Source: Octopus bimaculoides (taxonomy: Eukaryota). Taken from it: a DNA stretch of 64,000 bases. A model generated the notes under the pieces. The model had not been told where the DNA came from, made no database searches, and saw only the letters and a program-made list of their open reading frames with translations. The position numbers were made by a program, and so were the translations under genes. The DNA lies in the NCBI RefSeq assembly GCF_001194135.2, contig NC_068981.1:171247411-171311410 (forward strand), given 5' to 3'. Shown here piece by piece: positions 1-11,735 of the stretch; position 1 is the first letter of the stretch, and each line of letters opens with the position of its first letter.

Positions 1-254
1 AACTGATCAGCTACACTATGTTCAACACTGCTGGAATTCTGTCCACCCGTTGAAGTAAAATATTTAATTCTGCATTGAGTTACTGCCTATGAACGTAGTT
101 GTGATTTGCGTTTGTTTTTTAATCCAATTGCAGCTGCAACACAATGTAATCCTTCCAGAGATTTTTTTTTTATATGTTCTGTTCTCATGTTATGTTCTTT
201 TAAGGTTAGGTAATGTCTGTTAGACTTAAAACTGTGTATTCTGTGTATTATAAA

Positions 255-427
255 ATTTATATGTGTGTGTGTCCGCGCGCGTGTGTGTGTACATTTATAT
301 ACATATATGTGTATATATGCATGCACAAACGCATATATATGTATAGATTGATATATAGATAGAGAGGGAGAAAGAGAGATAGATAGATTATTAGGTAGGT
401 GGATAGGTAGATAAATACATACATACA

Positions 428-490
<63 letters not shown>
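255..490. repeat. Compound microsatellite (TG/TA/TAGA/TACA/TA)
   Basis: Directly visible tandem arrays; explains ORFs 87..500 and 257..448. Confidence 0.95.
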
Positions 491-493
<3 letters not shown>

Positions 494-1339
494 TGTACAT
501 AATATAAGGATACGTGAAAAGTTCAGACTAAAATGTGAAAATAGAAATTAAGAAAGAAAGAAAGAGATGAAAATATTTTATGCTCCAACGTTCAGAATTT
601 TTATTATAACACTATTTATTCTATCGTATTTGTTTTATTCGCCAGTTCCAGTTCGGCTGTTTGTTTTTTATATATTTTATTATTCCTTCTTTTATTCACA
701 TAGCGAGGGTGGTGGCTGGTTTTCTTGTTTGTTTCATTTCTTGTTAATGTTATTGGTATTGACTTTGTTACTTGAGAAGCAATATATTTTACTGTTGTAA
801 TTATTGTTGTTATTTAGTTGCAGGTTTGGCCTGGTCGTTGGCTTTACGAGCAATCTATAAACGCCAACAGATTTTTACTGAAATCTATCTTCTCAAGTAA
901 AAAGAACACAATACATAATGTATTCGTAGAAAACTTCCGTTTTGGATTTCGCTGGATGGTCACGGACGACGTGTTCCACACTCCTCTCCTATTACCGACG
1001 TGGATTGACAATATTCATAACAGTTGATCGGCTGCTGACACTGCATATTAACCTGTCCATTCCTCTTTCATGTTCTCTTACCCTCTTATCTCCTGTAATA
1101 TTTCCTTTACATATTGATTTATATATAAAGACCTGCTTCACTCTTTGTTTTGTTTCTTCCCAATACCACTAATATTTGTTGCGTAACTTGCACCAAGTTC
1201 ACGCAAATGATGTTTTGGTGATCTTTTGAAACCTGTGTACATTATATAAAACATGAATAACGATTACATTTTCTGCGTTCGATGATAGATATATAATATA
1301 TAGATCTACATAAATGCACACATTTTCATCATCATAATC

Positions 1340-1760
1340 ATCATTATCTTCACCATTGTTGCAATCAGACAAATATCTCTTGCACTTGTGACTTCGGAGG
1401 TGACTAATGAAACGAGATCTTGATAAAGATACACGTCTATAGGCACTGCACAACAAACTTCCGCCATTCACAGCACTGGTGGTGGGCCCGGGCTTCAGTA
1501 GCTCGCTTCGCTTCAATTCTGCATGAAAAATGTGTGTATTTTCAAAAATATCAACTCTTCCTCTATTTGTTTCCTCCATTGATAGCGATGAGAGCTATTG
1601 CTTCCCCAGTTGACGTCCCATATTTCACATGTCTTCAAGAAGGACTTTTCACGGTCCTTAATACAAAAGAACGTCTTAGTATCCGCTGTGTGCACTTTCC
1701 ACAAAGAGGTTTTCCATATAGCATCGGCAATATGGTGAACAAATAACCTCTCCAAAGTAA
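1340..1760 (-). mobile_element. RTE-clade LINE, 3' end of ORF2 (frameshifted remnant)
   Basis: Minus-strand frames give KSFLKTCEIWDVNW...RYQWRKQIEE, then IFENTHIFHAELKRSE...LCSAYRRVSLSRSRFISHLRSH, matching the RTE/BovB-type C-terminus ending in a C2H2-like SHLRxH motif. Confidence 0.75.
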
Positions 1761-2192
1761 AAGGTGCCTGTGCACATACACACCTACATGCATGCACTCC
1801 TAAATAAATACGGATTAGAAAAACAGCCGACAACTGATGAAGGGTCGTACTTTGTGCTGTTTGTCTTGTTTTCTATTTGTTTCTTTCGCTGCTTGAGAAA
1901 AAAGTTTTTCATTCCATGTCCTCGTAGTTCGTATTTTTGTTGTTTATATTTTGTGACGTCGTGTGACCACATGTGCATATGTATATATGTATACATGTAA
2001 GTATGTGCGTATACGTATGTATATATGCATATATATTTATTACTTATATTATTATATCATTGAACGCCACGCATCCTTTTCCAAGTATATATATACATGT
2101 ATATATATATACATACATATATATATATATGCATGTATATATATATACATATATATACACACACACAATATATATATATATATATATATATA

Positions 2193-2932
2193 NNNNNNNN
2201 NNNNNNNNNNNNNNNNNNNNNNNNNNNNNNNNNNNNNNNNNNNNNNNNNNNNNNNNNNNNNNNNNNNNNNNNNNNNNNNNNNNNNNNNNNNNNNNNNNNN
2301 NNNNNNNNNNNNNNNNNNNNNNNNNNNNNNNNNNNNNNNNNNNNNNNNNNNNNNNNNNNNNNNNNNNNNNNNNNNNNNNNNNNNNNNNNNNNNNNNNNNN
2401 NNNNNNNNNNNNNNNNNNNNNNNNNNNNNNNNNNNNNNNNNNNNNNNNNNNNNNNNNNNNNNNNNNNNNNNNNNNNNNNNNNNNNNNNNNNNNNNNNNNN
2501 NNNNNNNNNNNNNNNNNNNNNNNNNNNNNNNNNNNNNNNNNNNNNNNNNNNNNNNNNNNNNNNNNNNNNNNNNNNNNNNNNNNNNNNNNNNNNNNNNNNN
2601 NNNNNNNNNNNNNNNNNNNNNNNNNNNNNNNNNNNNNNNNNNNNNNNNNNNNNNNNNNNNNNNNNNNNNNNNNNNNNNNNNNNNNNNNNNNNNNNNNNNN
2701 NNNNNNNNNNNNNNNNNNNNNNNNNNNNNNNNNNNNNNNNNNNNNNNNNNNNNNNNNNNNNNNNNNNNNNNNNNNNNNNNNNNNNNNNNNNNNNNNNNNN
2801 NNNNNNNNNNNNNNNNNNNNNNNNNNNNNNNNNNNNNNNNNNNNNNNNNNNNNNNNNNNNNNNNNNNNNNNNNNNNNNNNNNNNNNNNNNNNNNNNNNNN
2901 NNNNNNNNNNNNNNNNNNNNNNNNNNNNNNNN
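2193..2932. other. Assembly gap flanked by (TA)n
   Basis: Run of N. Other gaps: 4509-4517, 6196-6700, 38491-38627, 41152-41719, 43200-43564, 44238-44348, 44935-44944, 47691-47700. Confidence 0.99.
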
Positions 2933-3287
2933 ATATATATATATATATATATAACATATATATGTAAATATAGTTATGTATACATGTGAGATAACAGTTT
3001 CAGTATTAATAGTGAAAGTATTAAAACTGAAAGTATCTCACATTATAATAGAGATGTTATTGCTTCACTTGTGACACGTAATTCTGAAATAGTATAAGAA
3101 ATAAGAGATTGCTGCAGAGACGCATTAGGCAAGAAGTAGCAAATTTGGTCCATGTCACAGCTTGGACCCTAAGTAAGGCATCTGTAAAACTTGAATGGAA
3201 TTGGTTGGGTAGTCCTCGAGTGTTAGTGATACACACAGACACACACACGTACAAATATTCTCAGTTTTATATGTATATATATGTGTG

Positions 3288-3342
<55 letters not shown>

Positions 3343-3677
3343 ATCACTAACACTACCAGACAGACAGATAAACATATAAATATAGAGTTATGTTTATTAC
3401 GTTTTAGGTTTACTTTATTCAACTTTTCATAGTGGTTATTCTGGAGTACGACAATTAAGGAAACAGTGTATCAGAATCTGTACATGTGAATCGCAAAATT
3501 AGAGGATTGAAATGGTTGACATACACATCATGGTTAGTTAAGCACAAACATAAGTATATCTAACTATTGCTAACATTTTTTCCTAAACTTTATATGATAT
3601 TTTTACAAACATATATAAATATATATATATGTATATATAAATGTGCATATATATTCATTCATATACATACACATGTG

Positions 3678-3733
<56 letters not shown>

Positions 3734-4359
3734 ATACACGCAGATATATATACCCACATATAAATAACTATATACATACATATAAATAAGTATGTATATA
3801 CACATATATATATACACGCATGTTAATATATATATATTATCATTATTATTATAATTATTACGAGGATTTGTATGTTTAAACAGACGACAGAATACTCCTA
3901 CGTGCCACTGCATGTGAGAAAAGTCAAGATAACAGGCGTTTGTTTTCAAGCAACATTTTGCACCCATGAGAAAGTTTTTTCATTGTCATTGCTATTATTG
4001 TTACTGTGGAAGCTTTTTTCGTGCTGTCCCAGATAAAGCTAGTATTGTTTGTTTTAGCTGTTTTGTATGCTTTTCTTTTGATTAGAAAAGGAATTTTGAT
4101 ATTATTTGCTTTTGCATACTCCATTTTGTCGCTTTGTATGAGTGCACGTTTAGTTCAGTTGCTTAATGCTTCAGCCATTGTCGTCATGGAAAACATAATT
4201 TTCCCTTTAGCGTTTCAAGTATTAATCTTTGTTGGCGTTTTTGTTGTTCATACTAGCAAATCATTGGTCTATGATCAATGGTATTCCTAGCACGACCATC
4301 CATCATATAATCAGTATGAATGGTAATAAAAATAGTTATCGTATAGTATATTATTCCTA

Positions 4360-4409
4360 AAATAATAATAATAACAATAATGATGATAATAATAATAATA
4401 ATAATAATA

Positions 4410-4489
<80 letters not shown>

Positions 4490-4609
4490 CATTATTATTA
4501 TTATTATTNNNNNNNNNNAGACAACAAGTTAGAAGTTCATGTAGGTGTTATGCCTAGGGTACCATATGTTTGGATTTGTACATAGTATTGTTCTAGAGAA
4601 TGTTTAAGA

Positions 4610-4694
<85 letters not shown>

Positions 4695-4702
4695 TTATTA
4701 TT
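4360..4702. repeat. (AAT)n switching to (ATT)n microsatellites
   Basis: AAT array flips to ATT near 4410; second ATT array at 4610-4702. Confidence 0.95.
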
Positions 4703-5524
4703 GCCTTTGCACAGCTTCTAACGCTGGAGATGTACTACGGTGACAGCTGTTCACTACCAGTGAACTAAGGTAACACCTCTTATTTTTCGAGGCTCTAATC
4801 TGTGCTGCCCAAGGGCAAGAATTAAGAACGAATTACATCAAATACATAATAGACAACAGATCAGAATGTGATAAGTGCAGAATTTGTGCACAAAATCGTG
4901 AAAGGTATGGCATATTACCAGCCGATGTATGCCACTAGCCCAGAAAGAAAATAAGAGACGCCATGACAATATAGCAAGGATTGTCCATTGGACACTTTAT
5001 GACAAGTATGGACTTGACAGAGCAAAAATGTGGTACGAATATAAACCCGAAAGCATCATCGAAAATGATAATGCAAAGATCCTATGGGATTTTATGATTC
5101 AGTGCGACTACGAGATAGAGAATAGGAAACCATATATGGTGTTAATTTCGAAAGAAAGCAAACGATGCTGGATGATAGGTATAGCATGCCCAGCTGACAA
5201 CAAGGTATACGATAAGAATGAAACAAAGTCGATAGATATGACAGGCTAGCTTGGGAGGTTAAGCAATTGTGATTGCTGAAAAAGCTGGTAGTAGTACCAA
5301 TAATTGACCGAGCCCTAGGAACAGTGAGTAAAAAGCTTGAGAATTACATGGAACAAATAGGGGCTGCAATCAGGGTGGATCACTTGCAGAAAAAAACAGC
5401 ACTGCGCTTGGAACCACTCGAATACTCCGGATGGTGGTCAAAAGATAATGGGTGTTACTTTAGATCACTGGTAATGAACAGCTGGCACCATAGAACATCT
5501 CCAGCATTAGAAGCTATGCGAGAC
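4703..5524 (+). mobile_element. R4/Dong-type non-LTR retrotransposon, 5'-truncated (zinc knuckle + REL endonuclease + 3'UTR), with an inverted 3'UTR copy at its left end
   Basis: EALICAAQGQELRTNY...CDKCRIC, then PLAQKENKRRHDNIARIVHW...ENDNAKILWDFMIQCDYEIENRKP...IACPAD and VVVPIIDRALG: RHD motif and PD-(D/E)xK-type REL region, frameshifted. Followed by (TAA)n at 5525-5596. 4703-4777 is the reverse complement of 5451-5524. Confidence 0.85.
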
Positions 5525-5529
5525 AATAA

Positions 5530-5596
<67 letters not shown>

Positions 5597-5597
<1 letters not shown>

Positions 5598-5811
5598 TCT
5601 TTCTACTAAGGGAATAAGGCTTTAAATTTCCGGGGGAAGAGTGATAGTCGATTACAGCGACCCCAGTGCTCATCTGCTATTTATTTTATCGACCACGAAA
5701 GGATGAAAGGCAAAGTCAAACTCGGCAGAATTTGAACTTAGAACGTAAACACGGACGAAGTGCCGCTAAGCATTTCGTTCAGCTTGCTAACTATTTTGCT
5801 AGCTTGCAGTC

Positions 5812-5812
<1 letters not shown>
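5597..5812 (-). mobile_element. tRNA-derived SINE family A (tail type i)
   Basis: Shares head, B-box-like GTTCxAAxTC, body (GAGGTCGACTTTGCCTTTCATCC) and tail (...AGTAGAAAGAATT) with other copies in the window; flanked by TAA arrays. Confidence 0.85.
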
Positions 5813-5852
<40 letters not shown>

Positions 5853-6019
5853 GATGAGGAGGAGGAGGAGGATTAAAAATTTCTAAGAACAGGTGATGAG
5901 GAAAATTCCTTGTAGAAAGAAATCCCACTTTAGGCAATTTGTGGAAAAATCCACACAAATGTTTGCGTGTAATAATAATGAGAAGAAGAAGAAGATATTT
6001 TCAACTACTATCATAGATA

Positions 6020-6195
6020 CACCCCAAGCTGGATGGGACGCCAGTCCATCACAGCGTGACTCAAGAAACAGGAAGAAAGAGTGAGAGAAAGTTGGGGTGA
6101 AAGAGTACAACAGGAGTTGCCCCCCCCCCTCCTTGCCGAAGCCTCGTGGAGCTTTAGGTGCCTTCGCTAAATAAATACACACAAGGTCCGGTTTG
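6020..6195 (-). mobile_element. Probable SINE/retroposon body (third family), head lost in the gap
   Basis: GC-richer non-coding segment resembling a cephalopod SINE body; recognised from memory only, with no second copy in the window. Confidence 0.4.
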
Positions 6196-6701
6196 NNNNN
6201 NNNNNNNNNNNNNNNNNNNNNNNNNNNNNNNNNNNNNNNNNNNNNNNNNNNNNNNNNNNNNNNNNNNNNNNNNNNNNNNNNNNNNNNNNNNNNNNNNNNN
6301 NNNNNNNNNNNNNNNNNNNNNNNNNNNNNNNNNNNNNNNNNNNNNNNNNNNNNNNNNNNNNNNNNNNNNNNNNNNNNNNNNNNNNNNNNNNNNNNNNNNN
6401 NNNNNNNNNNNNNNNNNNNNNNNNNNNNNNNNNNNNNNNNNNNNNNNNNNNNNNNNNNNNNNNNNNNNNNNNNNNNNNNNNNNNNNNNNNNNNNNNNNNN
6501 NNNNNNNNNNNNNNNNNNNNNNNNNNNNNNNNNNNNNNNNNNNNNNNNNNNNNNNNNNNNNNNNNNNNNNNNNNNNNNNNNNNNNNNNNNNNNNNNNNNN
6601 NNNNNNNNNNNNNNNNNNNNNNNNNNNNNNNNNNNNNNNNNNNNNNNNNNNNNNNNNNNNNNNNNNNNNNNNNNNNNNNNNNNNNNNNNNNNNNNNNNNN
6701 N

Positions 6702-6749
<48 letters not shown>

Positions 6750-7519
6750 GCACACACACATGCGCACACCGACAGAAACACACACAAACATATACGTATC
6801 ATAGTGTACAAAAATAGAAATAAATTACAAATGTATCACTCTTAATACTCTCAAAACTAATTAATAAGATTCCTCTTTAGAGGGAGTAAAGGTATATGTA
6901 TGTACGTTTATATACGTTTATTGGTCGGTGCTTCTACACACATCAACATCAAAGTGAACATCTATAACAATATCATTCGATTGATTTGCAAAGTTTTAAT
7001 TAGAATCACGTTTCACCATTAGAGCTGAACTCGTTGTTTCATCTCTGCTTCTACTATTATCATTGTATTAGCTTCTGAACCACAGAACTAATCACGTGCA
7101 TATCCTTCCTACCATATACCCTCTTTTCGTTTCTATTCGTGATTCTTGTCTTTTTACTTCAAGTTATCCTTATAATATATATTACTTCAGCGACCTCGCA
7201 AGAACGAAACATAAAGCCTCCGTAGAATCATAACCGTCTGGAATGCTTCCCTCGCGTGCACATATTTGCTACGGGGACTGATCCATTTAGATTCTCATAA
7301 AACACCAACTGTGTGTACATGAGCAGTGTGGAATGATATCAGACAACCTCAAGCTACCGCTTACTTTTCTTGGCATCTTATCTAAATATATCAAAGTCTT
7401 ATTTGTCGGAAAAATTGAGGACTTTTGTAAATGGATGCATGCTTTTTATCAGAAATCATAAAAGTGATTATTTATTTGTGTTATCATAGTTCTCTATTCT
7501 GGCCATTTCATATACATCT

Positions 7520-7690
7520 ACTAGTGAGACATGATACGATAGTTTATACTGATTATGAACAACTATATCGCGAAAACTTGAAATCATTTTTTAAAGATGG
7601 AAACTATTTCAGCTGTGATCAGCTGTTGATACTCTAAAAGGATGATGTAAAATTCATACCGGAGTACTGCTTACATCTACGAGACGGTCT
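7520..7690 (+). pseudogene. Possible piggyBac transposase fragment
   Basis: ENLKSFFKDGNYFSCDQLLIL*K..KFIP resembles the piggyBac TxDEQLLxxKxRCxFxQY segment; very decayed. Confidence 0.3.
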
Positions 7691-8399
7691 TGCTGCCGCT
7701 AGATAACTTAACGTATTAGACCACCCATCATTTGTAGATTAAGTTTACCTAAGCTGTGTATCGTGAAACAAGAAAGGAAAGTGAAATCTTGCTATCTAGG
7801 TAGGCATAAACGAAAACATTCAGTCATCGACTAATAGATATTCTCATATTTTCTTCAGATATTGTTTTTCTTTTTGTCACTCACAGGATAAGGAGAATGT
7901 TGCGGAAATGGTGATGATGATAAGGGTAGGAGGAACACAAGCAGAAAAGCAGGAGTACGGCAACGTTGACAATAAGGTCCATCAGCGCTGTCATGTGACG
8001 ATGGCGGCTACAATGTTGTTGATCACCATGATGGCTAAAGATGACGGCAAGGACGATGATTGTAATGATAATAACGATGATGTTGGTGGGCTGTTATCAA
8101 TTTTTCACAAATGTATTTACGTTTTCCACTCAATAAGTATGTGTGTTTCTGCTAGATATGATAAGACGATAAGGCTTTCAAATACAACATTAAAATAACA
8201 AGCTGCCATTTTATAGCTAGGTTAAACAAATATTGATGCGGTCGTTCACTACTAAATACACTGAATAGTGTTTCCTTTCAAGTGCAGCATATTCAAACGT
8301 AACACCATATCTGATCTCTTTCTGAACCATTGAAATTAGTTTCCTTCTGTTCCATTTACCCTTCTCATCTATCGTTCTTTCTTTTTAACAAATCTATAT

Positions 8400-8643
8400 A
8401 ATGCATGCTCTTACTCTCTCTCTCTCTCTCTGTCTTTCTAACACAAGCTGTCTCTTTTCCTTTCGTTATACATATGTGTATGTATGTATATGTGTGTGTG
8501 TATTGTGCATATATATATATGTGTGTGTGTGTGTGTGTAGATATGTGTGCGTATATACATACACACGCACACATACACATACATACGTATGCGTGCGCAT
8601 GAGCATGATGATACATTTATATATCCATGTATATACATATATA

Positions 8644-8729
<86 letters not shown>

Positions 8730-8880
8730 CATTTATATATGTTTGATATGTATGTGTGTATATACGTATATATATATAGAGCGAGGGATATAGACATACA
8801 CCTGCACACACACGCAGACGCGAACACACACTCATACACTCACACACGCACACACATACATACACATACACACATACAAC
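8400..8880. repeat. Compound CT/TG/TA/CA microsatellite block
   Basis: Directly visible. Confidence 0.95.
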
Positions 8881-9541
8881 ATGAATTGACATATAATAAT
8901 TGCAGATATAAAATATGCTTATTCTGCTACAATCCAACCAGACCAGCTATCTACGTATTTTGTCCATCAATCTTTTCAGCATTGTGTGCCTGTCTGTCTG
9001 TTGTATATCCATTTCGTTATTACTCTACCTTATCTATTTATCTTCATGTTTTTGTTTTTGTTTTTTTTTTGTTGTTTTTTTTTTCATTTAGCCAGCTAAC
9101 CAGTTCTCTTCCTTCGTTTCCCATGATATCGATACTATGTCAACAGTTCGAATGTGTCGCGATAACAGTTTATACAGCTATTCTATTTATTGAAAGAGAA
9201 AATAAAACCATCAAAAGGATCAGATTTCGGTAGGAATGTTTGCGCTTTGATTTATTTCGCGTTTCTTTTCTCGTTAAACATTGGAATCGCGCTAATATAT
9301 TATCATTTTAAGCAATAGTCATTTATAAGCTAAGCATTTGGTCTATGGATAAACATTTAAAAGGGTCAACGTCAACAAGAGAATGTGTGTGAGAGAGAGA
9401 CAGAGAGAGAGAGAAACAGAAAGAGAAAGCGGGAGAGAAAGAGAGAGAACTACATACACGTGTGTGTTGCTTGCCATGCAATTAAGGTCTAATAGAATAG
9501 TGTAAATTTTTGTTAGTGCTTACATTATTTAGGACATGTAA

Positions 9542-9763
9542 GGCGACGAACCGGTACACCCGTTAGTATGCCGGACAAAATGTTTGGCTGTATTCCGTTT
9601 GTCTTTATGTTCTGAGCTGAAGTTCCACCGAGGTCAATTTTGCCTTTTATCCTTTTGGGGTCAACATAACAAGTAACAGTTGGGTACTGGTGTTGATATA
9701 ATCGATTTACCTACCTCTTCCCTAAAAAAAAAAATGCTGACCCTGTACCAAGATTTGAAATTC
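9542..9763 (+). mobile_element. SINE family A copy (diverged)
   Basis: GGCGACGAACCGG...GTTCTGAGCTGAAGTTCCACCGAGGTCAATTTTGCCTTTTATCC... aligns with the other family A copies. Confidence 0.8.
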
Positions 9764-11569
9764 TTATTAAGAATATGATGACAATAGTAATATGTCGTAC
9801 TGAAAGAACATACGTTTATGCACTAACCCCACTGAAGTTCCATAATACTATATACCAGTAATTACTTAACAGCACTTAAATCATCTATATCCTCTTCACC
9901 AGGAAATACATAAACGAGGCAATTAAATATCTTATGTACATATATGCAATTTTTTTATTGTTATAGGATAGAAGTAATCTCTTGGAGTTACCTGAGTAGG
10001 AGTTTCCCATTGGAAATAAATTCTTCTCATGTTAACAACTAACATGCATATATGAATATTAGTCTATATGCAATGCAAGACTTAGATATGTTATAATCTA
10101 TATGTCGTTACTGAAATAAAGGCAAATCCTTAATCAAACCATGTACAATACAGGGAATTCTAGTTAAATCGTTTTGGGTCAAACACATGCAGTTTTGACC
10201 ATAAGAGAAATTGAACTTAGCAAGTAAGCTAAGGAGTCACTTGTGAAACCAACAATATATCGGTGCTTAAATGTTTACGAATTCAATTCCTTTACTTTAC
10301 TGGATCAGCGAAGGCCTGGAGGCTAATCAGCAATAATAACATTCATTGTTTCAAATTCCTACAATATATTGATTTACTTTTCTAGGTCCGAGGTCCGAAG
10401 TGGTCTTTCTCAATGTAGGAGTATGTTTAATTGAATTGACCTAATTATATTACTGTCATTTATGATATCGGTCAATGAAAATACATAAAGTGCACTCGCT
10501 TGCCTGACATAGTTCCTATAAATAATGCTTGTTGATTGTTGATGTTGTTTTTGTTGCTGTGTATTTAGAGTACCTCAAATGGATGATGGCAATGGGATAT
10601 TGTAATGATAATTATTTTCCCAATAGCATTAGTATTGCAAATGAAGTGAAATGTTTCGTCTCGCGAATTCCGTGAGTAAAGAGCTTACCACTTGTTCTAC
10701 GGTGCTTGCCACACGTCTGCTCTAAATAATGAGCTTAAAAGTATATCGAACTATTTCTCATTCCAGCAGAAAAGCGGCTGTCAAACACAGTAATGCCTGA
10801 GACGTTATAAATATGTTTGATTCGAAAATTCGTTCAGTTTGAGTCAATATGTAAGAGATTTCACAGAGTACATTTGCACTTTAAAATACATCATTATGAT
10901 ATGGTTTAAGAAGTACAATAATGGCGAGTTTTCTTTTTCTCCTTGTCTTTTTTTTTTAAATTTTTTTTGCACTTGGCATCTTGACAACATTGTTTGAAAT
11001 TATACAGTAAATGGATCTATTCTTAAAATCCAGTATTAGCGCAAACACATGCACATGTACGTATCCATCTGTGTGTCTATGTGAGTTTGCTGTAATGAAT
11101 GCAAAAGTGTTTTCATACTGTTTTACTTTCGTGTAAAATACCAATGTGGTCCATACGCGCTTGCAAATATTTTCATAGAGCTAAAGTCTATGGTCATCTG
11201 CTGCACATGCAACGTACGTTCACAAAACATGTAGAAACAAAACGTTCGTTACACATATGCAACGTTCTTCCCGGATCCTTAGGTCAATAGTTTCGTTTAG
11301 AATTGAATAAGTGTATGTCTGAGTGGAGTACAAAATCTTAATGTTTTCAGTTTAAAGATATAATTCATCGAATCACTCGAGCATCCGATTGAATTCCACC
11401 TGTGCAGTGAACGAATGTGAACGATAAACTTGAAATAGCACTCACTTTATTCTGTAAAAGAGAACTAGAACTTTGCCCAAGATATATAAAATTATGTAGG
11501 AGAGCGATTCAGAGAGTAAGGTAAATTTTTATTTGCCTTACTATTTAACATACTCTCATGTATATGTGT

Positions 11570-11644
11570 GTAGGTTTGTGTGTGTGTATGTGTGTGTGTG
11601 TGTACGTGCATGTGTGCGTGTGTGCGCGTGCGCGTGTGTGTGTA

Positions 11645-11735
<91 letters not shown>
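11570..11735. repeat. (TG)n microsatellite
   Basis: Directly visible. Confidence 0.97.

Noticed and set aside
1834-1870. CTGATGA motif suggesting another hammerhead
   Set aside because: No stem II followed by GAAA and no matching stem I/III could be built.
3970-4290. Very hydrophobic 107-codon open frame
   Set aside because: T-rich composition alone yields such frames; no recognisable family and a stop immediately upstream.
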